Assembly (NCBI GenBank): GCA_963823665.1
Contig: CAWGMQ010000010.1
Location: 448,001-512,000 of the forward strand
Direction: 5' to 3'
From: an uncultured Planctomycetota bacterium
Lineage (GTDB): Bacteria; Planctomycetota; Planctomycetia; Isosphaerales; Isosphaeraceae
Length of the DNA stretch: 64,000 nucleotides
Within the stretch, counting starts at the first letter, position 1, and every line of letters starts with the position of its first letter. The notes under the pieces are model-generated. The model had not been told where the DNA came from and made no database searches. It worked only from the letters and a program-made list of their open reading frames with translations. The translations under genes were made by a program, and so were the position numbers. Below are positions 23,967 through 34,394 of this stretch, piece by piece.

Positions 23967-25214
23967 TTACCGCATTGGCAGGTAGCCGACAATTTCTCCC
24001 GCCCGAATCTCGCGGTCTCCGGCAGGAAAGACGGCGAAGCCGTCGGCTCCCGCAACGGTTCTCAAATCGGCCGAGCCCGCCCAGTTGAGCGTGGCGATCA
24101 ACGGCAGGCTGTCGTGACCGCCGGCGTCGTCTTCCGCGTTCGCCGCCTCGACAATCTGCGCCGGGAAATACGTGTCCCGGTCACCGCGTTGTGCGAAGCT
24201 GCGCGCGAGCCGGGCTTTCGCGAGCGGAGCGGCCGCCGCGGAACGGCCGGCAAGTGCCGCGAGCGCCGGCTTGACGAAGAGCATGAAGCTCACGAGCCCG
24301 CTGACCGGATTGCCGGGCAGCCCGAAGACGAGGGTGCCGCCGCGGCCCGGCCGCGGCTCGGCCACGCCGAACCACAGGGGCTTTCCCGGCTTTAATTTGA
24401 TCTTGTGGAAAACCTGGCGCACGCCCAGGGATGCAAGCGCGTCCGGAACGAGGTCACGCTGGCCTGCGGATACGCCGCCGGTGACGAGCATCAGGTCTGA
24501 CTCCAAGGCCTGGCCGAGGATCCTGGCGAGCTCGCCGGGCTCGTCCCGCGCGATCGGAAGCGTGGCCGCCAAGGCGCCGGACTCATTCGCCAGGGCCCGA
24601 AGCATGACCGCGTTCGAGTTGCGGATCTGGCCCGGCCCGAGCGGCTCGCCGGGCTCGACGAGCTCATCGCCGGTGGACACGATCGAGACACGCGGGCGGG
24701 GTATGACCAGGACATCGGTCCTGCCGACCGAAGCGAGCACGCCGAGCCCGGGAGGATGGAGCACCGATCCTCGCGAGAGGACGACTTCGCCCGATCGCAT
24801 CTCCGCGCCGCGCCGCAGGATGTTTTGCCCGGGGCGGATCGATGGCTGTTCGATCAAGACCGCACCATTGAGCTTTTGCGTGCGCTCGTGCATGACGACG
24901 GCGTCACAGCCGCCGGGCAGGGGGGCGCCCGTCATGATCACCGCGGCTTCGCCACGAGCGAGAGCCCGCGTTGGCGTTTGCCCGGCGGTGATCAGCTCGC
25001 CGATGGTCAAAGACAGGTTCGCGTCATTCAGATCCGCGGTCCGCAGTGCGTATCCATCGACGAGCGCCTTGTCGAACGGGGGAGAATCGGTGTCGGCCCG
25101 GACGTCCTGGGCCAGCACGCAGCCCAGTGCCTGCTCGATCGGGCTGGAACTCGAGGCCAGCGCCCGTGCTTCGCTCGTCACGGCCTGGAGTGCTTCGACT
25201 ATCGTCAGCATCAT
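23967..25214 (-). CDS. moeA: Molybdopterin molybdotransferase (gephyrin-like)
   Basis: PPFDKALVDGYA, IMTGAPLP, STGDEL, IRNSN, TGGVSAG, KPGKP, GLPGNPVS; start placed at MMLTIVEAL. Confidence 0.95.
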   Translation of the reverse strand: MMLTIVEALQAVTSEARALASSSSPIEQALGCVLAQDVRADTDSPPFDKALVDGYALRTADLNDANLSLTIGELITAGQTPTRALARGEAAVIMTGAPLPGGCDAVVMHERTQKLNGAVLIEQPSIRPGQNILRRGAEMRSGEVVLSRGSVLHPPGLGVLASVGRTDVLVIPRPRVSIVSTGDELVEPGEPLGPGQIRNSNAVMLRALANESGALAATLPIARDEPGELARILGQALESDLMLVTGGVSAGQRDLVPDALASLGVRQVFHKIKLKPGKPLWFGVAEPRPGRGGTLVFGLPGNPVSGLVSFMLFVKPALAALAGRSAAAAPLAKARLARSFAQRGDRDTYFPAQIVEAANAEDDAGGHDSLPLIATLNWAGSADLRTVAGADGFAVFPAGDREIRAGEIVGYLPMR

Positions 25215-25300
25215 TAACCCCTGGGTCGGACGTGAGGAGTCGGGAACGAAAAGGCCAGAGTGTTCTTGCCCCGATTCTAATCGAGACGACGCGCATCTCG

Positions 25301-27844
25301 TCACTGTTTGTCGTCGCTGGCCTTGATCGCTCCTATCCCCGGTCGCGAAGTGTCGCTCGGCTTTTCTTCGGGCGGCACGGGCAGGTCGGCGAAGGGCGCG
25401 TGGTAGGGCGTCTCCGGGAAGAACTGCCTCCACTCTTCCCGTGTGAGGTTGCGGTTGGCGATTTTACGGGCTCGATCCTTCCATGATTCCAGATCGAGGT
25501 CGAGAAGCACCACACCGCTACGGCCACTACTGTCGTTATTGAATCCTGCGGCCAGCGTTTTACCATCGGGGCTGAACGCGAGGCTCCTCACGCTCCCTTC
25601 GGCAACCACGAGGGGCCTTTCCGCGAGCCGCCTCAGCAGCCGGGTATCCCAGAGTACCACACCGCCGTCGGCGCCATCGCTGTCGTGGTATCCCGCGGCC
25701 AGTGTCTTGCCATTGGGACTGAACGCCACGCTGTTGACATACCCTTCGCCAACCTTCAGGGGTTTATCCGCGAGTCGCATGCCGGTGCGGCCATCCCACA
25801 ATACCACACCGCCGGCAACCCCGCCGTTCCAGCACACCCCGGCGAGGATCGACCCGTCGGGGCTGAATGCCACGTCATAAACGTCGCCTTCGGCGACGGT
25901 CAATGTCTTGTCCCTACCCGCAGCGGGCCCTCGGACGTCCCGAACGACCAAACCGCCGCGCTGGCGCTCGGCCCCGTATGCCACGGCGAGTGACTTGGTG
26001 TGGGGGCTGAAGGCCAGATCCGTAAGGTAAGTTTTGGCGAATTCATTCGTGGTCTGTGCGAGCTGTGTGTATCGCCGAGTGTCCCAGAGCAAAACCCCGC
26101 CTGACGGAGTTGCGCGGTACCCGCCAGCGAGCATTGCGCCGTCGGGACTGAAGGCTAAACTGAAGACGTTGCCGCTTCCAGCAATTTCCAGGGGCTTGTA
26201 CAGCAGCCGTGTGCGGTTCGCGGCGTCCCAGAGCACCACTCCGCCGGCACCCACGACTCGGCCATACCCAGCGGCGATGGTCGTGCCGTCCGGGCTGAAC
26301 GCCATGTCCGTGACAAAACCCTCGGGGACGTCCAAGGATTTTTCCGTGAGGGGTGCGCGCTGGCCGGCGTCCCAGAGAGCCACACCGCCGCTGTTGGGCC
26401 GGGTGTACGCCGCCGCGATGGTCGCGCCATCGGGACTGTAGGCCACTTCCAGTACGTTCCCAGCGACGACGAGTGGTTCATCAGCGAGGCTTGAACGTCC
26501 CTGGACGTCGCAGGTCACCGCTCCGCCGCCGGCATCGCGTCGGTACCCGGCGGCCAGGCTTCCGCTGTCGGGGCTAAAGGCCACGCTTGTGACGCCACCG
26601 CCGGCAACCGTCAGCGTCTGGGCGGCCAGGGCCGGGCGCCGCGCCAGCTTCCAAAGCACCGCGCGATCGCCGCAGCCAGCAGCCACAGTTTTACCATCGG
26701 GGCTGAAGGCCACGCTCGTTACGTCGTTCGCGGCAACGGCCAGCGGCTCCCCCGCGAGCCGCTCCCTGCGCGTCACGTCCCATAACATCACGCAGGCGCC
26801 GATCTCGAGCTCGACGCCGGCTGCCAAGGTTTTACCGTCGGGGCTGAATGCCACACTCCGAGCAGACTCGATTCCGCCCAAGGACAATTCGGCCAACCGC
26901 TGCGAATGTGCGATATCGCAGAGTCCGAGCCGGCCACCACATGCGGTGGCGATGGTCGTGCCGTCGCGATTGAAAGCTAGGCCGGAGACCGGGTAGTCTT
27001 CGGAGATGAGCAACGGTTTCTCGGTGAGCCATGTGCGGCTCGCGACGTCCCACAGCACAGCGCTGCCTTCCCGGTCACCCCAGCGGTGTGGCGCGACCAG
27101 GGTCTTGCCAGCGGGGCTGAACGCCAGAGGGCCGAAGAACCCGGTCGACACAGTTCCTTCCTTGAACGCGAGCGGCTTGAAGCCAGACTGGCCCAACCGC
27201 GCCAGGTCCCAGAATAACAGACCACGGATACCTGTCGCGGCGAGCGTTTTGCCGTCGGGGCTGAAGGCCACACTCAACACAGGACCTCCGGAGATGGCCA
27301 GAAGTGGCTCGGCGCGCCGCTTCAGGTCACACAGCAGCAAACCGCCGCCTCGCCAGTTTTCATTGCAGGCCGCGGCCATCGTCTTACCGTCGGGGCTGAA
27401 GGCGACGCTGGTCACGTAGCCCGTGGGCCGGTGAAGGAATGATGTGATTCCAGGCCGGACGAGCAACGCATCCAGTAGGCTGCGGCGGGACTCAAACGTG
27501 TTTTCAACCCAGATCGCTTCGACCGCCAGGATGAGCGCGCGGTCCGGATGTTTGCCTTGCTCCGATTCGGAAAGAGCTTTGATCCGGCGCGCCTCGGCAA
27601 GCCGGAGCTCTGCTCTTGCATTCTGCTCGTTTGTTTTTGCCTTTTGCTCGTTCACCGCCGCCAGGCGTGCCGCCTCGCGCTCGCGCATGGCCGTCGCGGT
27701 GGCCTTCTTCAGATCCTCGCCGGCGAGATTGGCATCAATGTGCACCCTGACGGCCCATATCGCCAGTGCAGTCGAGGCGATAGCAAGCAGCGCCGCGAGG
27801 ACGGCGGTGATGGGGAACCGGTTATCGCGAAAACGCAGACGCAC
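25301..27844 (-). CDS. WD40 repeat protein (14 repeats, probably two 7-bladed propellers) with N-terminal TM and coiled coil
   Basis: 14 VxxVAFSPDGxTLAA-type units; ALILAVEA...SRRSLLDAL linker; C-terminal ANRNLTREEWRQFFPETPY. Confidence 0.9.
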   Translation of the reverse strand: MRLRFRDNRFPITAVLAALLAIASTALAIWAVRVHIDANLAGEDLKKATATAMREREAARLAAVNEQKAKTNEQNARAELRLAEARRIKALSESEQGKHPDRALILAVEAIWVENTFESRRSLLDALLVRPGITSFLHRPTGYVTSVAFSPDGKTMAAACNENWRGGGLLLCDLKRRAEPLLAISGGPVLSVAFSPDGKTLAATGIRGLLFWDLARLGQSGFKPLAFKEGTVSTGFFGPLAFSPAGKTLVAPHRWGDREGSAVLWDVASRTWLTEKPLLISEDYPVSGLAFNRDGTTIATACGGRLGLCDIAHSQRLAELSLGGIESARSVAFSPDGKTLAAGVELEIGACVMLWDVTRRERLAGEPLAVAANDVTSVAFSPDGKTVAAGCGDRAVLWKLARRPALAAQTLTVAGGGVTSVAFSPDSGSLAAGYRRDAGGGAVTCDVQGRSSLADEPLVVAGNVLEVAYSPDGATIAAAYTRPNSGGVALWDAGQRAPLTEKSLDVPEGFVTDMAFSPDGTTIAAGYGRVVGAGGVVLWDAANRTRLLYKPLEIAGSGNVFSLAFSPDGAMLAGGYRATPSGGVLLWDTRRYTQLAQTTNEFAKTYLTDLAFSPHTKSLAVAYGAERQRGGLVVRDVRGPAAGRDKTLTVAEGDVYDVAFSPDGSILAGVCWNGGVAGGVVLWDGRTGMRLADKPLKVGEGYVNSVAFSPNGKTLAAGYHDSDGADGGVVLWDTRLLRRLAERPLVVAEGSVRSLAFSPDGKTLAAGFNNDSSGRSGVVLLDLDLESWKDRARKIANRNLTREEWRQFFPETPYHAPFADLPVPPEEKPSDTSRPGIGAIKASDDKQ

Positions 27845-28064
27845 GGACAGACGCCCCTATTTTCAAGAGCTCCGAAGGAGTGTGAGGCGGTGCCGAACGG
27901 ACTGACGGCCCCGTTGCCGCATCGTCCCGCGCCCAATCGCAAAACGTCAAGAACCGGCCCGAGGACGCAAGGCGTGCCGAGGCCAGTTCTCTCGGCTGGT
28001 CGTCTTGATCTTGTGCGGTGACGGCTCGATCAGGTCATTCATCGCGAAAGTTTGGAGTTGGTGA

Positions 28065-28094
28065 TTGACACGTCGGAGATTTCCGACATATTAT
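28065..28094 (+). promoter_or_regulatory. Sigma70-type promoter with palindromic operator, probably leaderless
   Basis: TTGACA 28065-28070 and TATTAT 28089-28094; inverted repeat GTCGGA-gatt-TCCGAC (28072-28087) in the spacer; ATG 7 nt after the -10. Confidence 0.7.
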
Positions 28095-28101
28095 CCTGGG
28101 C

Positions 28102-28416
28102 ATGAAGACGCCTGATGTTTTCGCGGTTCTGGCCAATCCGGTTCGCCGGCGGATTCTGGAACTACTGGTGGGGCGGCCATACACGGTGAACGAGCTGGTT
28201 GAGGAGTTTGAGTTGCATCGGCCGGCGGTTTCCGAGCACTTGCAGGTGCTCAGGAATGCGAAGCTGGTGCGTGACCACCGGCGTGGTCGCGAGCGTTATT
28301 ACCACCTGGATGCGTCGCGTCTGGTCGAAGTGCATGAATGGCTGGTGCCGTTTACCCGGTACTGGCGCGAGCGCATGAAGGCCCTTGGCGCGGTGCTGGA
28401 CGAGGAGGAACGATGA
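28102..28416 (+). CDS. ArsR/SmtB-family transcriptional regulator
   Basis: FAVLANPVRRRILELL, AVSEHLQVLRNAKLV, GRERYY. Confidence 0.92.
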   Translation: MKTPDVFAVLANPVRRRILELLVGRPYTVNELVEEFELHRPAVSEHLQVLRNAKLVRDHRRGRERYYHLDASRLVEVHEWLVPFTRYWRERMKALGAVLDEEER

Positions 28417-28820
28417 CGGAACGAGGGGTGATTCGATTGTCGCAGTTTATCAGTCATCCGCCCGAGAAGGTGTGGAAGGCGCTCACCGATCCGGAGTTGC
28501 ACGCAAAATGGTGGGCAGCGGGGGATGTGAAGGCGGTGGTCGGGCACCGATTCACGCTGGACATGGGGCAGTGGGGGCAGCAGCCTTGTGAGGTGCTGGC
28601 CGTGGAGCCAGGGCGTCTCTTGAGTTATAGCTTTGCGCCCGGAACGCTCGATTCGACGATCACGTGGCGACTCGATCCGGAAAACGATGGCACGCGTCTG
28701 CACCTGGAGCACGCGGGGTTCGACTTGGATTCGCCGATCGGGAAGATGGCGTTCGAAGGGATGAGGAGTGGGTGGCCGAGCGTGCTGGAGCGGATCGGGG
28801 CGGTTCTCGCACCGGCGTGA
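28413..28820 (+). CDS. SRPBCC/AHSA1 domain protein
   Basis: ATGA overlap with the ArsR gene and GGAGG RBS; PPEKVWKALTDPE...WW...GTRLHLEH...GW. Confidence 0.9.
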   Translation: MTERGVIRLSQFISHPPEKVWKALTDPELHAKWWAAGDVKAVVGHRFTLDMGQWGQQPCEVLAVEPGRLLSYSFAPGTLDSTITWRLDPENDGTRLHLEHAGFDLDSPIGKMAFEGMRSGWPSVLERIGAVLAPA

Positions 28821-28918
28821 GCATAGGTTGTGAGCGGCGTGTTCGGCCGCCACTCCCGCTGCCCAAGCCGGGGGGAAGTCAGAGGAGGTATTTGCTTGAG
28901 AAGAGTGGTTCGATCGGA

Positions 28919-30582
28919 TCACTGGTCTTTCGGCTTGGGCTTTGCTGGTGCGGGTGTTGGATCGACGCGAGGGGCGTCGGGTCTGGGGACCACCCGTTCG
29001 TCTGCAAAGGTGATGATTTCGCCGCCTCTGCACGTGATCAGGGCGCGGAGGAAGTCCTTGTCGATGTCGTTGCGGAAAAAGCGCACCGAGCCGTCGGCCA
29101 TTGCTCCGTAGAACCCGTCGTCGAACTGGCGGCCGAGCTTGGGGAGCGGCTTTTTCGGGTCGTACTGGATGTCTTCGGGTTTGGTCCAGGGCACGGGTGT
29201 GCCGGCCTCCACCACGAGCAGCGTGTTTGAGGTGCCATCGTGGATGTCCGCGAATGGAATCCCATCCTTGTTTTCGAATAACGCGCCGGGACCCGTGAAC
29301 ACCTGGTAGTATGTGGAAACTCGTGGCTCGTCGGTGGGGAGCACGGGGGCGTAGACTTCTGGCATCTCTTTGAGCAGGGCCTTGTTGTGGGGGCTATCCC
29401 AGGGCTCGTCGAGATGGAACCGTTTGTAGAGATCGTTTTGCTCCAGGTAGGGCAATGCGGCAACTCGCCAGCTCAAGAGCGGCTTGCCGTCCTTGCTGCG
29501 GATTGCCGCCGACGGAAAGCCCGCCGGGTCATTCAGAGAGGCCAGGTTGTGAAAGGCCAGCGCGATGAACTTCAAGTTATTGATGCATTGTTCACGCGCT
29601 TTCTGCGTATCGTCTTTCTGCGTGGTTTCTTTCTTCTGAACGGGCTGGTCCTGCCCCGGGTTTGCCGCGGCCTGAGCGGCGCTGGTATTCGCCGCGGGCT
29701 GTGACATGGCGAAGAGGACAATTCCCGAGGCGGCCGATCCCGTTGTGAAGACCAGGGCCGTGGCAATGGTGATTTTCTGCAAGGTCATCGTTCTCAGAGC
29801 TCCTGCTGTCAACTGAAAAACCGCGGCCGGAACCGTTCCGGGCGCCAGTGTGGTGGTTCCCGCGACAAGCATCGCAGCCCGGACCGTGGACTCGGTGAGC
29901 CCCACGGGCATGGCGTTCGCCGCCGTCGCGGATTCCGCGAGCGCCAGAGAGCTGGCGGCGACGGTGGCGAACGCCAGACCGCGGCGGGTCAAGCGCTCGC
30001 GCAGCAGGTCTTTGGCCCGAGACACGCGAATGCTCACCGTGCCAGAGGGACATTTGAGGATGCGGGCCGCCTCGGCGTGGGTGCATCCTTCCAGATGGCA
30101 AAGGATCACCGCAGCGCGGTACTTCTCGGGCAGGCGGCCGATTTCTTGATGGAGCGGATCGATCTCATCGAAGCGGGGTATATCCGGTCTCGAAATCGCT
30201 TTCATTTCCGCGCCCCGCTCTTCGTGTTGCTTTCGCCGTGCCACGGCGGTTTTGGCCCGAATGGCCACACGCCGGGCGACGCCGTGCAGCCACGGCCGAT
30301 GGTCTCGCACCGCCGGATCGAGCCGGCGCTTCGCACCAGGATCAAGAAAGTGGCCTGAAACGCGTCTTCGGCGGTGTGTAAATCGGGCGCGATGCTGCGG
30401 CAGATGCTCCAGACCATGGGACCGTGCCGTGTGACCATTGCAGTGAAGGCACGCTGCGCGGACTCTTCATCCCGACGCGCGAGGAACTGTTCGAGGAGCT
30501 CGCGGTCGTTCATACCGGTCGCAGAGCCGGAGTCGAAGAGCGTCTGGATCGACCGGATCACGGAACCCGACCCGCATCTCAT
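28919..30582 (-). CDS. ECF sigma factor with C-terminal TM segment and DUF1559-like domain; frameshift ~30300
   Basis: DRELLEQF...RHGPMV...AEDAFQATFLIL, WLHGVARR, LPEKYRAAVILCHLEG; C-terminus CINNLK.IALA.HN, LLSWRVAALPYLEQ, DGTSNTLLVVE, PWTKPED, MADGSV. Confidence 0.88.
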
Positions 30583-31062
30583 GTCGCTGCCCCCTTTGTT
30601 TCATCCGTTGTCCTGCCCTTTACAGTGCACGACCTGGGGGTTTGCTTTCAAGTTTTTGGGAATTGTGGGGGATTTCTTGGGGAGGGAAGTGCCGCGGGGG
30701 GAGGTGAGTTACGATGCTGTCGAGATACCAGGGGCTGGAAGCCCCTGGATATTGACCACTCCCCGTTGGGGCAGGATATCGGCAAATGCAGCCTCGTGCG
30801 GGGCGTGGAGGTGAACTGCGATCGAAGACGCACCTTCTCGGAGCGAACGGCCTCGGTCAGCGGGTGGGGGCGGCGATTTTCGAGTTGCAATTCTGGATCG
30901 ACCGGCGGAAACTCGATCGAGCGGCGCAAGCGCGGCGCCGCCTCGCTGGCCTCGGGTTGGTGGATCCGACGAGATTCCTCGCTGGCGCGTCGGGATGATG
31001 TCAGGACGAGCCCGGGGTGCTCGCGAACGCAGCCAAATTCAGACTCGAAGCGGTGCGACGAG

Positions 31063-31317
31063 ATGAAACGCTTCCGCCTGAGCACGCTCTTGCTGCTGAT
31101 CGCGATCATCGCGATCTGCAGCGGGCTGGCCGTTCAGTATGATCGCGCTCTTCGGCGCGAGGCCGAGCTGCGGGCGCGTTTGCAGCAAGTTAAATATGAT
31201 TATACAAAATTGATGAAGGCATACCAGGTGCAGATGCAAGTGGTGAAGACGTACCAGGCGCAACTGCAAGCGGCGCGGCAACAATCGAGCACCGCGCCGC
31301 CGCAGGACGAGCCCTGA
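31063..31317 (+). CDS. Small hypothetical protein with planctomycete-type RFRLSTLLL N-terminal anchor and coiled coil
   Basis: MKRFRLSTLLLLIAIIAICSGL followed by a Gln-rich helix. Confidence 0.65.
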   Translation: MKRFRLSTLLLLIAIIAICSGLAVQYDRALRREAELRARLQQVKYDYTKLMKAYQVQMQVVKTYQAQLQAARQQSSTAPPQDEP

Positions 31318-31318
31318 G

Positions 31319-31376
31319 GTCGCCGGACGAAGCCGGGTCCTACCGCATGAGGTCGCCGGGGGGAGCCGGCTCCTAC
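31319..31376 (-). repeat. Tandem pair of GTAG-type REP-like palindromes between convergent genes
   Basis: GTAGGACCCGGCTTCGTCCGGCGAC and GTAGGAGCCGGCTCCCCCCGGCGAC on the minus strand. Confidence 0.6.
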
Positions 31377-31401
31377 AGGTGTGGGCGTGTTGCGGCCGTG
31401 G

Positions 31402-32371
31402 TTACTGCTGAGCGGCTCGGCGTCTTCTCAGCTTGATCGATACGGCGAGACCCGCGATCGCGGCGGTGAAGACGAGGAACGAAGAGGGCTCGGGCACGGC
31501 TTGGGCGGCCGATCTGGGCGATGTAGCCATCGGCCGCCGTGGTGGGGTGCTCGGAATCCCAGAAGAGATAGCCGTTGCCATTCAACGACGAGTTGATTGC
31601 CGAGCCGGTCACGTTTGTGAAGCCGAACTGGGAGGGGTTGGCCATCACGTTTGTCATCAAGGTCTGGACGTCGGCGATGTGAATCTGGACTCCCAGGCTC
31701 TTCTGAAGGGATGTGGCTTCGGCCTGTAATGTCTGGTTGAAACCGACTGACCAGGCGTCGAGCGCGGTGCGCTGGGTCTGCGAGAGGTTGCTTGACGCGG
31801 GGATCTCGCCGAGCAACGGCAAATTGGGGATCAAGAACTGCTTGGCGCCAGCGTTTGCCAGGGTGGTGATCTCGTTGGCGATGTCCTGGGCGGGCACGGT
31901 GGGGTTGGCCTGGTTGCCGATCAAGAGGTTATTGGCGCCGGCCCAGATGGTGAAGAGCTCATTTGATGTCGGGGTGTGGGCAGAGAGATACATGGCGATC
32001 TGCTCGTCGACGTTGGGAACTGCTTGGCCAGGGGCGTACGTCGTCGTGCCGCTGCCGGTCTGCGCTCCGCCGAAGGCGTAGTCGGAGCCGCCGGCGAGTG
32101 AGGCGACGGGCGCGGCCACGCCCAGATCATGCGCAAGATAATCGAGCCAGTTACCGCCGTTGGTGAACCGGCCTTGATAGTAGTCTGCCGCCGGGGCGGG
32201 CTGAGTGCCGCCGCTGGCGAGGTAGTCGTTGCCGACGTCGGAGAGACTGTCACCGAAGGACACGATTGACGTGATTTGATCACCCCACGCATGCCCGCTT
32301 GCGATTGCCATCATGCCGATGGCGATCATCACCGCCAGCGTTCGTTTCGTGCTGAATTGTCCTGAAACCAT
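31402..32371 (-). CDS. Secreted SGNH/GDSL hydrolase with PEP-CTERM sorting signal (revealed after frameshift ~31508)
   Basis: FGDSLSDVGN, GRFTNG, WAGANN, FWDSEHPTT; alternative frame gives AVPEPSSFLVFTAAIAGLAVSIKLRRRRAAQQ, with stop at 31402. Confidence 0.88.
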
Positions 32372-32744
32372 CGGTTCACAGACTCCCTTCGTGAACGGGT
32401 GATCATGGTTGGTCCATCAGATGCATCCTCCCTGCATTTTGTGAAGATCCGTTTTGCGGTGAACCGGACGGGAAAACTTGAGGAATTTTGGATTTTGGTC
32501 GGCATGTCGGGGACCTGCCTGCCAAATGGGCGGTGAACATGAGCACGCGAAGGCGCGGGCACACACTTGCGAAATTGAGTGCGGCCCGGCTTGCCACGGG
32601 CCTCTGGGGCAGCCGATTTGGTGGCGAGTCGGCTCCATCGCAATCGGCGCTCGATGCCGCGGCGCCGGGCGCTTCCGAGCCGTGAATAGATCAACATCGT
32701 GGTTTCAGGAACAGCGAAAAAGGATTCAGAATCCCTTCGCGGAG

Positions 32745-34394
32745 AGGCTGTCATCTTTTGGCCGCGTTGCGGTAACTCGGCCGTTGGGCCTAGTCGGCTG
32801 TGATTCACCGCTTGGTCGCTCGGTTAGTGCCGCCGATTCACGCCAGTTCTCCAATAGCCCAGCCGTTGACGCAAACGCGCTTTCCTATTTTGTCCCTTTT
32901 TTGCAAAGTACCGCTCATTCCGCCAGTTTGCCCATCGCTGGGCGCAGTCTCCCTGCGACAACCAGGTTGTGAGCAATTGCAAACAACAATGCGACGGCGC
33001 GGCAACGCGGTTGGCCACGCACGGGCATAAACCAGAATCCTCGATTGCGAGCCTGGGCGTTGACCCACTCGGCTGTTTGGCCTCGCAGCCGGTAGATCAG
33101 CTTCGCGGCCTCGGTCCCCATTCGGATCCGCCAAGCGGCAACCGCTTCGCTGTCGCCCTTCTTTGCGGTGTAGGGATCTTCTCCATTTGCCTGTTTCTTT
33201 TTCTCGTCTCTGATCGGCCCGTATACGATGCAGCCGCGTTGGGCCGCCTGATCGATCGAGTCCTTGGTCGTGAAGCCACCGTCAACCAATGCCTCATCCG
33301 GAATTCGTTCGTAACGCTCCTCCAACTGGTCGAGCATGGGCGGAAGTTCTTCGCCATCGTTCCCTGCGTTGGTCACCTCCACACCCACAATCACACCGCT
33401 TTCGGTGTCTGTTGTGAATTGAACGTTATATCCCGGCCGGAATCCTCCGTCTGGAAACTTCATGATCCTCGCGTCGGGGTCGGTGGTCGAAGCACGCGCT
33501 TCCCGCCCCTTGCGGCCGTAGGACTCGTCACGTTCGCGTTGCAGCTCCTCGCACTGCCGCATCGCTTCTTCGATCCGTTGCTGTCGCTTGTTGGCGGCAC
33601 GCTCCCGCGCCGCTCGCTGCCGTCGAGTCAGCTCTGCTGTGTCCTCCTCGGCCAGTTTCTTCAGCGCCTCAACCTGCTCCTTCGCCGCTTTCAGGCACTC
33701 CTCCAGGCTACCGCGACGACGAAACGAGCTCTTGCCCGCGCTGGCACGCACTCTCATTCCGTCCTGAGCGACCCGGTCCATTTTCACCAACCCGGCATGG
33801 AGCAGGGTGCCCACGATCTGCGTGAGCAGTTCGTTCAACTTCTCGCCCCCACAAGCGAGGAAGTGGGACAACATGCTGTGGTTGACGGTTACGCCGCCGC
33901 ACAGCCACTGGTACGGCAGACTCCCTTGGTTCTTTTCGCACAGCCGTTCGATTTCACGGGCGCTGCCGACTCCCTTCAATGTGGCGAAAACCCGCAATCC
34001 GACCAGCAAGCGCGGGTCGGTGGCATCTCGGCCGACATGTCGCTCGACGGCCTTGATCTCGCCGAGCCAGGCTTTCAGATCGAGCTTGCAGACCGCCGCC
34101 CAGACGACCCGGGCCGGATGGTCGGCCTCGAGCAATTCATCGAGCGATGCCCAGCGCATCTCGATCTGGTCGCGTACGGGACACCGCAGCCGCGGCTTGC
34201 CAGTTGGCATCGACTGGGCAGCCTGGGCGGGAGAGGGCTGATCGGGCAAGTCTTCTGGGCTAAAGAGAGGAAGTGTCATGACGCTCGTCCTGCAACACCG
34301 GGGCTGCGTGGGGCTCATGCGGCGGACTACATGCATGGTATTAGAACGTGAACACTATACAAAATCAACCCCAACGCCGAAAAAATCACAGCCT
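32745..34394 (-). mobile_element. IS1182-family insertion sequence, about 1.65 kb, with terminal inverted repeats and target duplication
   Basis: Left end (G)AGGCTGTCATCTTTT; right end reverse complement (G)AGGCTGTGATTTTT. Flanking direct repeat CGGAG at 32740-32744 and 34395-34399 (or GGA if the IRs are one base longer). Confidence 0.85.
32915..34279 (-). CDS. IS1182-family DDE transposase
   Basis: DHPAR, DPRLL, SAREIERLC, QDGMRVRASA, STTDPDARIMK, GYNVQ, LVDGGF, YRLRGQTAEWVN, VRG; no frameshift. Confidence 0.9.
   Translation of the reverse strand: MTLPLFSPEDLPDQPSPAQAAQSMPTGKPRLRCPVRDQIEMRWASLDELLEADHPARVVWAAVCKLDLKAWLGEIKAVERHVGRDATDPRLLVGLRVFATLKGVGSAREIERLCEKNQGSLPYQWLCGGVTVNHSMLSHFLACGGEKLNELLTQIVGTLLHAGLVKMDRVAQDGMRVRASAGKSSFRRRGSLEECLKAAKEQVEALKKLAEEDTAELTRRQRAARERAANKRQQRIEEAMRQCEELQRERDESYGRKGREARASTTDPDARIMKFPDGGFRPGYNVQFTTDTESGVIVGVEVTNAGNDGEELPPMLDQLEERYERIPDEALVDGGFTTKDSIDQAAQRGCIVYGPIRDEKKKQANGEDPYTAKKGDSEAVAAWRIRMGTEAAKLIYRLRGQTAEWVNAQARNRGFWFMPVRGQPRCRAVALLFAIAHNLVVAGRLRPAMGKLAE

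Noticed and set aside
30424..31062. N-terminal extension of the 297-aa ORF 30424..31317
   Set aside because: Overlaps the divergent ECF start and has non-protein-like composition; only the last 84 aa from ATG 31063 are credible.
32969..34351. 460-aa plus-strand ORF
   Set aside because: Exact antisense of the IS1182 transposase; no recognisable motifs.
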